A stretch of DNA of 64,000 nt from Anaeramoeba ignava BMAN (Eukaryota; Protista; Anaeramoebae), in contig JAPDFW010000081.1 in NCBI GenBank assembly GCA_028826165.1, forward strand, positions 248,001 to 312,000, in the 5' to 3' direction. This document shows, one piece after another, positions 39,889 to 52,930 of the stretch. The notes under the pieces are model-generated. The model made no database searches. It had not been told where the DNA came from and worked only from the letters and a program-made list of their open reading frames with translations. Within the stretch, counting starts at the first letter, position 1, and each line of letters begins with the position of its first letter. The position numbers and the translations under genes were made by a program.

Positions 39889-41397
39889 ATGGAAAATTAT
39901 TCAAATTTAGAAAAACTTTCAAATGATTTAAAAAATTTATTTCAAAATCAAAATCAAAATCAAAATCAAAATCAAAATGAAGAAGAAAGTTATTTCGATT
40001 TTGAAATAATTTGTGAACAAAATAAAACTTCATTTAAAACTCATAAATCAATTCTTTCTTCAAGAAGTCATTATTTTAAATCTCTTTTGAAATCCAAAAT
40101 GAAAGAATATCAAGAAAATAAATTGATTCTTCAAGATGTCTCAAGTTCAATTCTATCTTTAATTTTGAATTACTTTTATTCAGGAAAAATTGAAATTAAT
40201 TTAGAAAATGCAATCGAAATTTTAATTTTTTCTTCAAAATATTTAATTGATGAATTAATTGAAATTTGCTCAAATTTTATCAAAAAGAATTTACAATTTG
40301 AAACTATTGTTGATATTCTTAAATTATCTGAATCAATGAACTTCAATCAATTATTAGATTCTTCTTATCAATTTATTTTAGATAATTTTAAAGAATTTAT
40401 CAAAACTTCATTTTTTCTCGAACTTGAAGAAAATCATTTAAATTCAATTTTATTAAATGATTACCTTTTTATAAATGAATTTGAAATATTTCAAACAATA
40501 ATAAAATGGGGAAAACATAAATCAAATATTAATCAAGAAAAAAAATTACAAAAAGAAAAAAAAGAAAAATTACAAAATCAAATTTTAAATGTTGTTGATA
40601 AAATCAGATTTATTGATTTTTCAAAACAAGAACTTGAAGATACTTTGAAAAAAGATTTAATTCCAAATCAAATTTCACAAAAATTAATTCAATTCCAAAA
40701 ACTTCAAAAAAATAAAAAAAATGAAAAAAAATTAAAACAATTTATTGAAAAAGAAAATCAAAATCAAAATCAAAATCAAAATCAAAATTCATTCATTTTC
40801 AAGTCAAGAATTCGATTTTATTCAGAAATTATTAAAGATATTCAATATATTCAGAAATTAAAAGAATGGATAAATGATGATGAGTTCTTTTCCAAAATAA
40901 AAAAAAGATATTCAGCCAAAAAAGATGGATTTAATTGTAAAAAATGGCATAAAATAGTTGATAATAAAGGAAAAACATTAGTTATTATCAAAACAAAAGA
41001 TAATTTTATTTTTGGAGGATTTACTCAAGTTGGATTTACAAATGATAAATCAAAATGGAGTTTTGATTGTGGAAAATCAGGATGGATTATTGATCCAAAT
41101 GCATTTATTTTTTCATTAAGAAATGATAAAGGAGATCGAAACCAAAGAAATTTCCAATTCAAAAAGATCGAAAAGAATATGCAATTTGGTATGATTTAGA
41201 TTATGGTCCATTTTTTGGTTATTCAGTACCTGGAGATTTTGCTTTAGATTCTAATTTACAACCTCATGGTTCAAATTTTGGAGATAGTTACAATATACCT
41301 AATGGAATTACTTTCGGAACCAAATGAAGCTCAAAGTTATTTAGCTGGTTCTTATAAATCATGGATTGTTGATGAACTTGAAACTTATTTCATTTAA
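39889..41397 (+). CDS. BTB-BACK-TLDc protein (apparent frameshifts ~41140, ~41320)
   Basis: FKTHKSILSSRSHYFKSLL BTB; BACK EFEIFQTIIKW; TLDc KDGF...DNKGKTLVIIKTKDNFIFGGFT...DELETYFI. Confidence 0.88.
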
Positions 41398-41623
41398 AAA
41401 ATATTTTACATTTTTCTTTCAAAATTCAATTTAATTTTCTTTTACTTTCAATCAAATTAAATTTTTCAAATTAATAAATATAAAAAGAATTCAATTTCAA
41501 AAATAATTCAAAAACAAAAATAAAAATTGGAAATAAAAATTAATTTATTCCAATTTTTTTTTTCATTTTTTTCCTTTTTTTTTTAAAAACAAAAACACAA
41601 AAAACAAAAACACAAAAAACAAA

Positions 41624-43362
41624 ATGAATAATAATAATAACAACCAAATTGAAAATCAAAATCAAAATCAAAATCAAAATCAAAATCAAAATCAAAATCA
41701 AAATGCAAATCAAATTGAAATGAAAAATTTAGAAAAAAAAGTAACAAAAAATTTAATTAAAGATTATTCAAACCTTTTAAAAGGAAATTCATTTAAAGAT
41801 TTTTCAATTTTTGTTGAGAATAAATCAAATACTTTTGAAATTAAAGCTCATAAATCAATTTTATCTTCAAGATCTCCTTTTTTTAATGAGTTTTTAAAAG
41901 GGAAAAATCATCTTAATTCTATTTCTTTAAAACAATTTAATAAAAAAGAAATGGAATCAATTTTGAGTTATATTTATTATGGAAATATTTCTTTTGAGAA
42001 TCAAGAAAATCTTCTCCAATTATTAGAAATTTCAATTTATTTTAAATTAAATTTATTGAAAGAAATTATTCAAAAAAAAATTCCAAATTCAATTAATTAT
42101 TCAAATTTTTTCCAATTTTTTTTCCAAAATCGAAATTTAAATTCAAATGAAATTGAAATAAAATGTTTTGAATTAATAAATCAAAATTTTTCCCAAATTC
42201 AGAATAATGAGAATTTATTCAATTTAACTAAAGAAGAAATTATCAAATTTATTCAATTTAAAAAGAAAAAAAAGAAATTTTTCAATTTGATTTTTTTCAA
42301 TTTTTAAATAAATGGATTGAAAAAAGAGTTAATTCATTAAAATTAAGGAAATATGAACACAAAATGAATGCAACGAAAAGATTATTTCATTCTTTTTTTT
42401 CATTATTTGATAAAGATTCAATTTCAAAACAAGATTTTGATAAATTAAAACAATTTGATATTTTTCCCAAATCTTTTTTAGTTCATTTTGAAAGAATTAT
42501 TTTTGAAACTAAATATAAAGGAAATCAGGATTTAAAATGGGAAAATAAGAAGAAAGAAAAGGAAATTCAGAATTTGAAATTACAAAATGAATACCAAAAA
42601 CAAGAGATTATGAATTTGAAATCACAAATTCGTGAAAAAAAAGAAAGTGGAATGGAAAGTGATGTTATTAAAAACCAAATTCAAACTGAAAGTGAATCTC
42701 AAAATGAAAGTGAAAGTGAAACTGAAATTGAAATTGATGAAAAATCAAATCAAAACCAAAATGAATTTTTGAAGATTTTTTCAGATTCAGAAATTATTAA
42801 AGATAATCAATATATTCAGAAATTAAAAGAATGGATAAATGATGATGAATTCTTTTCCAAAATGAAAAAAGGATATTCAGCCAAAAAAGATGGATTTAAT
42901 TGTAAAAAATGGCATAAAATAGTTGATAATAAAGGAAAAACATTAGTTATTATCAAAACAAAAGATAATTTCATTTTTGGAGGATTTACTCAAGTTGGAT
43001 TTACAAATGATAAATCAAAATGGAGTTTTGATGGTGGAGATTCAGGATGGATTATTGATCCAAATGCATTTATTTTTTCATTAAGAAATGATAAAAGGGA
43101 TCGAAAACCAAAGAAATTTCCAATTCAAAAAGATCGAAAAGAATATGCAATGTTTTATGATTTAGATTATGGTCCATTTTTTGGTTGTTCAGCACCTGGA
43201 GATTTTGCTTTAGATTCTAATTTACAACCTTATGGTTCAAATTTTGGAGATAGTTACAATCTTCCTAATGGAATTACTTATAAATCAAATGAAGCTTATA
43301 ATTATTTAGCTGGTTCTTATAAATCATGGATTGTTGATGAACTTGAAACTTATTTCATTTAA
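41624..43362 (+). CDS. BTB + coiled coil + TLDc protein (apparent frameshift ~42262)
   Basis: IKAHKSILSSRSPFF BTB in 41624..42307; TLDc in 42364..43362. One missing base restores ...EKKEIFQFDFFQFLNKWIEKRV. Confidence 0.85.
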
Positions 43363-43567
43363 AAAATATTTTACATTTTTCTTTCAAAATTCAATTTAAT
43401 TTTCTTTTACTTTCAATCAAATTAAATTTTTCAAATTAATAAATAAGAAAAGAATTCAATTTCAAAAATAAAAATTGGAAATAAAAATTAATTTATTCCA
43501 ATTTATTTTTTTCATTTTTTTTCCTTTTTTTTTGATGCAAAAAGAAAACAAATCTAATTACTTAAAA

Positions 43568-44419
43568 ATGAAACATTTCTTTACTTTTCTTTATAGAAAA
43601 GAAATGATAAACATTTATCTTTTAGTAATCTTTATCGTTTCTCAAATAATATTTGCAAAAAAAGAGCAAAAATTGAAAGAAATGCAAAACAAACAAATTG
43701 AGAATAAAAACAAACAAATTAAAAAATTAGAAGAAGATAATCAAATTTTGAGAGATCAAGTTGAGAAAATGAAACCAGTTTTTAATGAAGTTGAAATTAA
43801 AAAGAATTTTCCTCAATTTTCAGATTCAGAAATTATTAAAGATATTGAAGATGCACAGAAATTAAAAGAATTGATAAATGATGATGAATTCTTTTCCAAA
43901 ATAAAAAAAGGATTTTCAGCAAAAAGAGATGGATTTGATTGTAAAAAATGGCATTCATTAATTAACGAAGATAAAGGAGAAACATTAGTTATTATCAAAA
44001 CAAAAGATAATTTTATTTTTGGAGGTTTTACTCAAGTTGGATTTTTTCCAAAAGATGAATCAAAATGGAGTAGAAGTTATCAAAATATTGATTCCAATTA
44101 TATTACAGATCCAAATGCATTTATTTTTTCATTAAGAAATGATAAAGGAGATCGAAAACCAGAAAAATTTGCAATTAAAGAAGGAAAAGAAGGATATGCC
44201 ATTGAATTCCTTTCAAATAAAGGTCCTAGTTTTGGAGGAAGATATGGAGGAAAGAATGATTTTTTTATTGAATCTAATTTAAAAACTGGTTATTCAGATT
44301 TTGGATATAGTTACAATCTTCCTGATGGAATTGAATATGGAACAAGTGAAGCTCAAAGTTATTTAGCTGGTTCTTATGAATCTTGGTTTGTTGATGAACT
44401 TGAAACTTATTTCATTTAA
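43568..44419 (+). CDS. TLDc protein with N-terminal hydrophobic segment and coiled coil (start could be 43535, 43568 or 43604)
   Basis: MINIYLLVIFIVSQIIFAKK hydrophobic stretch, coiled coil, TLDc paralog. Confidence 0.8.
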   Translation: MKHFFTFLYRKEMINIYLLVIFIVSQIIFAKKEQKLKEMQNKQIENKNKQIKKLEEDNQILRDQVEKMKPVFNEVEIKKNFPQFSDSEIIKDIEDAQKLKELINDDEFFSKIKKGFSAKRDGFDCKKWHSLINEDKGETLVIIKTKDNFIFGGFTQVGFFPKDESKWSRSYQNIDSNYITDPNAFIFSLRNDKGDRKPEKFAIKEGKEGYAIEFLSNKGPSFGGRYGGKNDFFIESNLKTGYSDFGYSYNLPDGIEYGTSEAQSYLAGSYESWFVDELETYFI

Positions 44420-44469
44420 AAAATATTTTACATTTTTCTTTCAAAATTTAATTCAATTTTCTTTTACTT

Positions 44470-44965
44470 TCAATCAAATTTAATCAAATTAAATCAAATC
44501 AAATCAAATTTAAATTTAAATCAAATTAAATCAAATTAAATCAAATTAAATTAAAATCAAATTAAATCAAATTAAATCAAATTAAATCAAATTAAATCAA
44601 ATTAAATCAAATTAAATCAAATTAAATCAAATTAAATTAAATTTAAATCAAATCAAATCCAATCAAATTAAATCAAATCAAATTAAATCAAATTAAATCA
44701 AATTTAAATCAAATTAAATAAATCAAATTAAATTAAATCAAATTAAATCAAATTAAATCAAATTAAATCAAATTAAATCAAATCAAATTAAATTAAATCA
44801 AATTAAATCAAATTAAATCAAATCAAATCAAATCAAATTAAATCAAATTAAATTAAATCAAATCAAATCAAATTAAATAAAATTAAATCAAATCAAATCA
44901 AATTAAATCAAATTAAATCAAATTAAATTTAAATCAAATCAAATTTAATTAAATCAAATTAAATT
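44470..44965. repeat. 10-bp (AAATCAAATT) / 5-bp satellite
   Basis: Directly visible. It grows out of the TCAAATTAA end of the TLDc 3' flank. Confidence 0.93.
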
Positions 44966-45537
44966 ACACCTTTTCAACTTTGGTTTAAACCTTTTGCAAA
45001 AATATTTAAACTTTTTGCAAAAATTTAAAAAAAAAATATTTAAAAATTTTTGCAAAAATCCAATTTAAAACCAAATGCAAAAATTAAAAATTTAAACCCT
45101 TGACTTTTGAAAGTTTCATCTAAACTTTTATTTTGAAAAATTTGGAAGATGAAAAGATTGAATTGAAAATGAGAATACAAAATTCAATTCAATTTTCAAA
45201 AATCAAATTCTTTCAAAGTTTAAATTTAAATCTAAATCAAATAATCAATTTAATTTCAAATTAAATCAAATTAAATCAAATTAAATTAAATTTAATTAAA
45301 TCAAATCAATTTTAAATCAAATTAAGAAATTAAATCAAAGAAAATTATAGAATCAAATTAAATAAATGATGAAAATATAAATTATAAAATAAATTTAAAG
45401 TTTGATTTTTATTTTAATTTTGATTGAAAGATTTTTGAAAAATTAAGTTCTGGTTTGAATTTGGATTGAATTTCATTTTGACTTTCATCTTTGAAATCAG
45501 AATTTTAAAAGAAAAATAAAAATGATGATACCAAGAA

Positions 45538-48474
45538 TTAATTATTTTCTTTCCATCCTAATAAAAGAAGATCAAGTGAAATAATTGATTTTCCTTGAAT
45601 ATTTTGAATTTTTGATTTAGATGAAAAAGATTTATTTTGAAAAAATTCAAATTTTAAATTTTCTAATTTTTTGATTGGATTAGAATTTGATTTTTTAATT
45701 GGAATTTGGATATTGATTTTTTTTCCAATTTGAATTGAATAAATAATTTGATAAAATTCAAGTGAGATTGAAAGTGGATCATTTTTTTCAAAAGGGATAT
45801 TTCTTATTTCTTCAATTTCAACTTCAAGATTTATCATTTCAGAATCATTTTCTAAATTATTTTCTAAATCTTTTTGTAAATTATTTTCTAAATTTTGTTT
45901 TAAATCTTGTTTAAAATCTTTTTGAAAATTTTGTTTAAAATCTTGTTTAAAATCTTGTTTAAAATCTTGTTTAAAATCTTTTTGAAAATCTTGTTTAAAA
46001 TCTTGTTTAAAATCTTGTTTAAAATCTTGTTTAAAATCTTTTTGAAAATTTTGTTGAAAATCTTGTTTAAAATCTTGTTTAAAATCTTGTTGAAAATCTT
46101 TTTGAAAATTTTGTTGAAAATCTTGTTTAAAATCTTGTTTAAAATCTTGTTTAAAATCTTTTTGAAAATTTTGTTTAAAATCTTGTTTAAAATCTTTTTG
46201 AAAATCTTGTTGAAAATCTTTTTGAAAATCTTGTTGAAAATCTTTTTGTTTAAAATCTTGTTTAAAATCTTGTTTAAAATCTTGTTTAAAATCTTTTTGA
46301 AAATCTTTTTGAAAATCTTGTTGAAAATCTTGTTTAAAATCTTGTTTAAAATCTTGTTGAAAATCTTGTTTAAAATCTTGTTTAAAATCTTGTTTAAAAT
46401 CTTTTTGAAAATCTTTTTGAAAATCTTGTTTAAAGTCTTGTTTAAAATCTTGTTGAAAATCTTGTTTAAAATCTTGTTTAAAATCTTGTTGAAAATCTTT
46501 TTGAAAATTTTGTTTAAAATCTTTTTGAAAATCTTGTTTAAAATCTTTTTGAAAATTTTGTTTAAAATCTTGTTTAAAATCTTTTGAAAATCTTTTGAAA
46601 ATCTTTTTGAAAATCTTTTTGAAGATCTTGTTTAAAATCTTGTTTAAAATCTTGTTTAAAATCTTGTTGAAAATCTTTTTGAAAATTTTGTTGCTTTTTG
46701 AATTGATAATATCGATAGAGTTGTGTTTTAGTTCCCATAGCAAGAACAATATCAATAGATCCAATTATTTCATTTGTAAAAGGATGAACCAATTTCATAG
46801 TTTCATTATCAAGATCCAAAAAAGGAAGTGAATAAGAAGGATGGAAAAAAATTGAAGAAAGAGAATTTCTAGATTCACAAGCTAAATAAAAATTCAATAA
46901 AGGAAATTGAAGAATTCCAATAATTTCCTTTTGATTTGTTTCAATAGAAAAATCATGAAATTCAAGAACAATAGAATTATGTTTCAAATAATCATTTAAG
47001 GCATCAGATCCAATATTCATTTTAAATTTTGTTTGAAATTCAAAATTATGTTCTTTTTGTAATTTCCCCCAAAAAATTCTTGATTGAATAGGTTTGATTT
47101 CTGGATGAATTCTGCAAATAACTGAAATATTTCTTAAATTTTCTTGATCTTGATCTTGCTTTAATATTTGGAAATGATTTGCCGAAAGATGAAGATAAAT
47201 ATCCTGTTGTTGATCTAAATCAGCAAAATTACAAGAAACAAATTTGGGGAAATTATCCAAATTTTGCAAAAAGGGATATTTATTTTTCTCTCTTTCTTCT
47301 TTCTTGATTTTAGAATCCAAATCATTTGTTTCTTGGATCGAAAAATTGATAATCATTTCTCCAATTTTCTTTTGGATTTTATCTTGTAGAAAATAAAGTG
47401 GAACAATTTTTTGCATTGATAAATTTTCATTCATTTCTATTTCTATTTCTTCTTCACAAATTTTTTGAGATTTTTCTAAGGAATAAATTAGGAAAAAGAG
47501 CTTTGGTTTGGAATTTTTTGGAATTAAGAAAAGAGAATCACAAGTAAAATTAAAATCTTTCCCATTTTCAGTTTTTTCTGAATAAGCTTCCATTATTTGA
47601 GAAGAAGATTTTCCCATTCTTACTCCAAATTCGATCATTAACTGAAAAGGAGTAACTTGAAAAAATTGGAGATGTTCAAATAGAGAAATTTTTGGAATGG
47701 AAATTAATAAAAGATCCTTGTCAGAAAAAGGGGATTTTGGACGAGAGAGTCATTAATATTTTGTAATGAATTTTGAGAATAAGAATTTTTGGATTTTCTT
47801 GATTTTTCTTTTTGATGGTTTTCTAGTAAAGGAATTTTGGAATTGGAAGAATTTTGAGTAAAATTTGAAGGATAATTTTCTTCAAAATTTGTATTAACGA
47901 TTGAAGTATTCACATCTTCTTGAAGTTGATTAATTTTTAATAATAATTCTCTAAGGGATTTATTATTGATATGACTTTCATTTCTTTCTTGATTTTTTTC
48001 GTTTCTTGATTTTTGGATGTCATCTCCTAATTCAAGATGAGAAATTTTAATGGAAATTATTAATGAACCAATAACTTGATTTGAATTATTTGAAATTTCT
48101 AATTCTTTTTCTGGTTGATTTTCAAGTAAAATTTTCTTGATATTTAGAAATGTTTTTCCAATTAATAAATGAGAATTTTTATCAAATATTTTGATAAGAA
48201 TTGATCCAATTTGATCTAAATATTGTAAAAATTGAATTAAAGAAACAACAATATTAAATTTAAGAGAAGCTTCATTTTCCAAAATAATATTTTCTTTTTT
48301 TGTTTCTTCTGTTTCTTCTTTTTGTTGATTTGGCAATTTAAAAGATGCATAAAAATTTGATTGAATTTGAAAAAATGAAATTTTTTTAATTTTCATTTTT
48401 AAAATTCCTAAAGATTTTCCTTTTGTTTTTGGAGGAATTTTTATTAAATTTATTGTTTTCTTTTTTTGATGCAT
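45538..48474 (-). CDS. C2CD3: C2CD3-like centriolar C2-domain protein with (QDFK)n repeat; apparent frameshifts ~47710 and ~46595; 3' end uncertain
   Basis: IPPKTKGKSLGILKMKI...FNIVVSLIQFLQYLDQIGSILIKI..IGK, and SRIFWG...YLKHNSIVLEF...GILQFPLLNFY...HPFTNEIIGSIDIVLAMGTKTQL. These parallel the recalled C2CD3 motifs LPPLVEG...QFTSYLTDM and GLVKLPLHQFY...GSLRVFLAMGS. Confidence 0.7.
45860..46695 (-). repeat. Coding 12-bp repeat CAAGATTTTAAA (QDFK)n
   Basis: Directly visible inside the C2CD3-like ORF, with no flanking splice sites. Confidence 0.9.
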
Positions 48475-48692
48475 TTTAATAATTTTTTAAAAAAGGAAAA
48501 AAATGATCCAAAAAAAAAATAATTCGAAAATATGATTAAAAATTTAAAAACAAAAATGACATTGAAAGTTAATATTTTTTTTTTATCAATTTCTATATCA
48601 ATGAAAAAAAGAAAAAGAGAATCAATGTTTAAATTTAAAAATTATTTGATCTATTTGTGAAAATTATAAATTGGAAATCAATAATAAAATTA

Positions 48693-51398
48693 TTATTGAA
48701 TATTTTTAACAGAAGATTTTTTTGTATCAATACAATTTTCATTATATAATACAAGATTTAAATTAGAAAGAAGAAAATCATTGCATTCTTCTTCAGAAGA
48801 AAAATGAAGTAAATCAGTTAAACCACTAATTGGAATACAAGGTCGATATCTTTTAAATATTTAATGAAAAATGAAAAAAATGAAAAATAAAAAAATATTT
48901 AATTCTTTTTTTCTTCTTTAAAATAATTTTTACGATTTTAAAATGATTTTCAAAGATTTTAATCTTTGTTCTGGAATAATTAATTGAAGTAAATAAATTC
49001 CTGAATTTGGAATTTTTTCAATAAGATTAAAAAATTTGAAGTAATTTATCGAAATGATTGATTCAAAAACATTAATTGAATGTTGAATTGTTGAATGATT
49101 TTTAGTTTCTGAAGATAAATTGCTAATAAAAAATGAAACCTCTAAAAAATTTAAATAAATTTAAAAATAAAATTAAAATTAAAATTAAAAATAAATTAAA
49201 AATAAATTTAAAAATTTACCAGAAAAATCTCCTAAATGAGTATAATAAAGAATACGATAAGCAGCAAATTCAATAAATTCTCCACTTATTCCCAAATTAT
49301 AATATTCAAATAATTGAGATTGGCATTGGTTATATTCACTAATATCATTCTAAAAGAAAAATGAATAAAATTTTTTTTTCCGTTTTTTTTTTTTTCTTTT
49401 ATAAAAAAAAACACAAACATTTTCAATTGAAAGTCTAGCATGAGTTTCATAAACTTTAACAGTAAAATCATTTTGAATATTTTGAACAAGAAGATCTTGT
49501 CTGATTGATTTTAATTGTTCCCAAACATATTCATAATCTTTATTTTCTTTCCAACGATTCATAACAACATCAAAAGCTTGTCTTAAAACATGTTCAGGAC
49601 GAGTTTCATCTGCATTTGGTTCCTAAGTTAAATTCGAACAAAAATAAATGATTGGATTTCTTTTTGAGTTTCAATTTAAAATGTACTGATGTGAGTCTTA
49701 AAAATTTCTTTTCTAAAATTGTTGATGTTCCAACAAAAATATCTGAATTTGAAACCTTGTTTATCTTATTCTTATTTTGATTCTTATTCTTTTTTTTGTT
49801 TTTGTTTTTGTTTTTGTTTTTGCGTTTTTTCTTTTTTTGGAAAAAAGATCTAGTTTGTTCATTTTTTTGTTGAGAATCATTTTTAATAAAACTAATTGGA
49901 GAATAAGTATTTCTTTTGTTTTGAAAAGAAATTTCATCGGAATTATTATTATTGTTATTATTATTGTTATTATTATTTGAGGATAAATTTTGTTGATCAT
50001 TTTCAAAATTTTGTTTTCTTTTTTGATGGGTATTATCAACTGAAATATATTGAACTGGAGCTGGAGTTGAAAATAATTCATGAGGAATTCTAAATAAAAA
50101 GTAAAATATTTAATATTTAATATTTAATATTTAATATTTCATATCATTTAATATTTAATATTTAATATTTAATATTTAATATTTTTTATTATTTAATATT
50201 AAATATTTCAATCATTTAATATTTAATATTTAATATTTAATATTTTTTATTATTTAATATTTTTTAATATTTTTTATTATTTAATATTTAATATTTTTTA
50301 ATACTTTGGAAGTGGATGAGAATCCCAATCAATTTTCAAACTTGTTCCGTTTGCTTGAGCTTCTTTAATGATTCTTTTGACTGATTCTTTCATCCAAATT
50401 TTTTCTGAATCGTTTTCACAAGATCGTAAAGCTCTTTCGATAAAGGATCTTAAAGATAAGTTTTGAAATTCAGGAAGAGAAAGATTTTGAATGTGATAAT
50501 GACTTGGAACATTTGGATCATTTTTCTTAAGAGAAGATTCATTCAAAGTATTGAAAGCGAAGTTATTTTTTTGCTCAATTTTCTGTTGATATTCTTGTTG
50601 ATTTTGAACGTATTGATTTGTGTTTTTGTAGTAAGTTTGCTGGTCAATTCTGGGAATCATTTGGGTGTTTAAATTGGGATAAGGTCTTTGAATCATATTA
50701 GAGACAAAAGGATGGTTATTTACAGTGTTTGATGGGTTATTATTAATATTAATATTTTGAGTATTGTTAATATTGTGTTGAATATTAACGTTTTGATTAG
50801 TGATGATATTAGAATTTGGAGTTTTAGGAATATTAATAAAAGGATCATAATTATGATTTATTTGCGGTTGTGTTTGTTTATTAACGGGTGAAATGGTTGT
50901 TTGTAAAGAAGCAAAATTATGCTGGTTTTGAAACGGTGAATTTGATATATTGTGTGGAATTAAATGGTTTTGTAGTTTATTTGATGGATAATTATAATCC
51001 GTTATTCCTGTTTGTATATGTTGTTGTTGTTGTTGTTGAAATACTGGATAATTTGGATATCCTATTGCTCCTTGTTTTATTTGATAATTTGTATTGAAAT
51101 TATATGTCTGTTTTGATTGAATCCCATAATTTGCTGTTGTTGGATAGATTTGTGTAACGTTTTTTTGTCCGTAATTCAATAAACTTTCATTCGGTTGAGA
51201 ATAATTTGTTTCGGTTGTTAATGTTTCCTGTTAATGTTTTAAATAATTCTCAATTTAGTTTAACTTTCAAAAGTTGTTTTTTAAATTTTAAAAAAAAAAA
51301 ATATTTTTATTTTTATTTTTATTTTTTACTTCATTTTCTTTATTTTCGTTATTTGATTGTGCAGAAAAAATTGGATTAAAAGAAAAAGAATGAGACAT
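48693..51398 (-). CDS. LENG8: LENG8/Thp3 (SAC3/GANP family) protein, multi-exon
   Basis: IDWDSHPLP; VGTSTILEKKFLRLTS|EPNADETRPEHVL; EQLKSIRQDLLVQNIQNDFTVKVYETHARLSIE; QCQSQL; EFAAYRILY. Confidence 0.92.
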
Positions 51399-51599
51399 TT
51401 CTATTTTATTATTAATAAAAAAAAAAAGGAAAAAAATGAAAAAAAAAAATTAAAAAAAAAATAAAAAAAAAAATAATATTTTATCAAGTTGAGTCATAAA
51501 AAAATTTCGAATAAAAAAATCAAATAAAAACTAAATTATATTCTAAATTAATTCCCATAAAAATAAATCCAAAATAATCTTTTTAAAAAAATCAATATT

Positions 51600-52555
51600 T
51601 TCCTTTTTATTTTATTTATTAATTTTATTTTAAATTTAATAAAAATTTAATTAAAAAATAATTATAGGAAATGTAAAATTTATTTATAATTAATTTCAAA
51701 ATATATATTTAATTAAATATTATTTGATTAAAAACTTAATAAATTTAATATTTATTTACTTTATTTTATTTATTAAATTGATTTTGAATTTAATTAAAAT
51801 TTAAATAAAAAATAATTATAGGAAATGTAAAATTTATTTATAATTAATTTTTAAAATATATACTTAATTAAATATTATTTGATTAAAACCTAATAAATTT
51901 AATATTTATTTAATTTATTTTCTTTATTAATTTTATTTTAAATTTAATTAAAATTTAATTAAAAAATAATTATAGGAAATGTAAAATTTATTTATAATTA
52001 ATTTTAAAATATATATTTAATTAAATATTATTTGATTAAAACTTAATAAATTTAATATTAATTTATTTTTATTTTATTTATTAATTTTATTTTAAATTTA
52101 ATTAAAAATTTAATTAAAAAATAATTATAAAAATGTAAAATTTAATTATAATTAATTTCAAAATATATATTTAATTAAATAATATTTGATTAAAAACCTA
52201 ATAAATTTAATATTAATTTATTTTATTTTCTTTATTAATTTGATTTTAAATTTAATTAAAAATTTAATTAAAAAAATAATTATAGGAAATGTAAAATTTA
52301 TTTATAATTAATTTTAAAATATATATTTAATTAAATATTATTTGATTAAAACTTAATAAATTTAATATTAATTTATTTTATTTTCTTTATTAATTTGATT
52401 TTAAATTTAATAAAAATTTAATTAAAAAATAATTATAGGAAATGTAAAATTTATTTATAATTAATTTCAAAATATATATTTAATTAAATATTATTTGATT
52501 AAAACTTAATAAATTTAATATTAATTTATTTTATTTTCTTTATTAATTTTATTTT
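51600..52555. repeat. ~154-bp AT-rich tandem repeat, about 6 copies
   Basis: The marker TATAGGAAATGTAAAATTT recurs at ~51667, 51821, 51975, 52130 (variant), 52285 and 52438. Confidence 0.92.
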
Positions 52556-52930
52556 GATCTAAATGATTAAAAATTAATTAAAATTTAAATTTAAGAAAAA
52601 AAAATTTTTTGAGATTTTTGAAATAACAAATAATCATTTCATAATTAATTGATTTTAATTGATTTTAATTGATTTTAATTTAAAATTAAATTAAATTAAA
52701 TTAAATTATTTTAATTTAAATTATTTTTTTGCTTTCTTTTAAAAATGAGATTTTTTTTGAAAAGGAAAAAAAATTTTTTTTTTTTTTCATGATCAAAAAA
52801 ATCAATAATAAAAAAAAAAAAAATTTTAAAAGAAAAATTAGAAAAACAATTTTCAATTTTCTATTTTTCATTTTCTTCACTTTTTTTTTTGAATTTTTTT
52901 TTTTTTTGACAATTTTCTAAGTTTAAAATT

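Noticed and set aside
51600-52555. CRISPR-like array
   Set aside because: Whole units are repeated with no unique spacers, there are no cas genes, and the context is eukaryotic.
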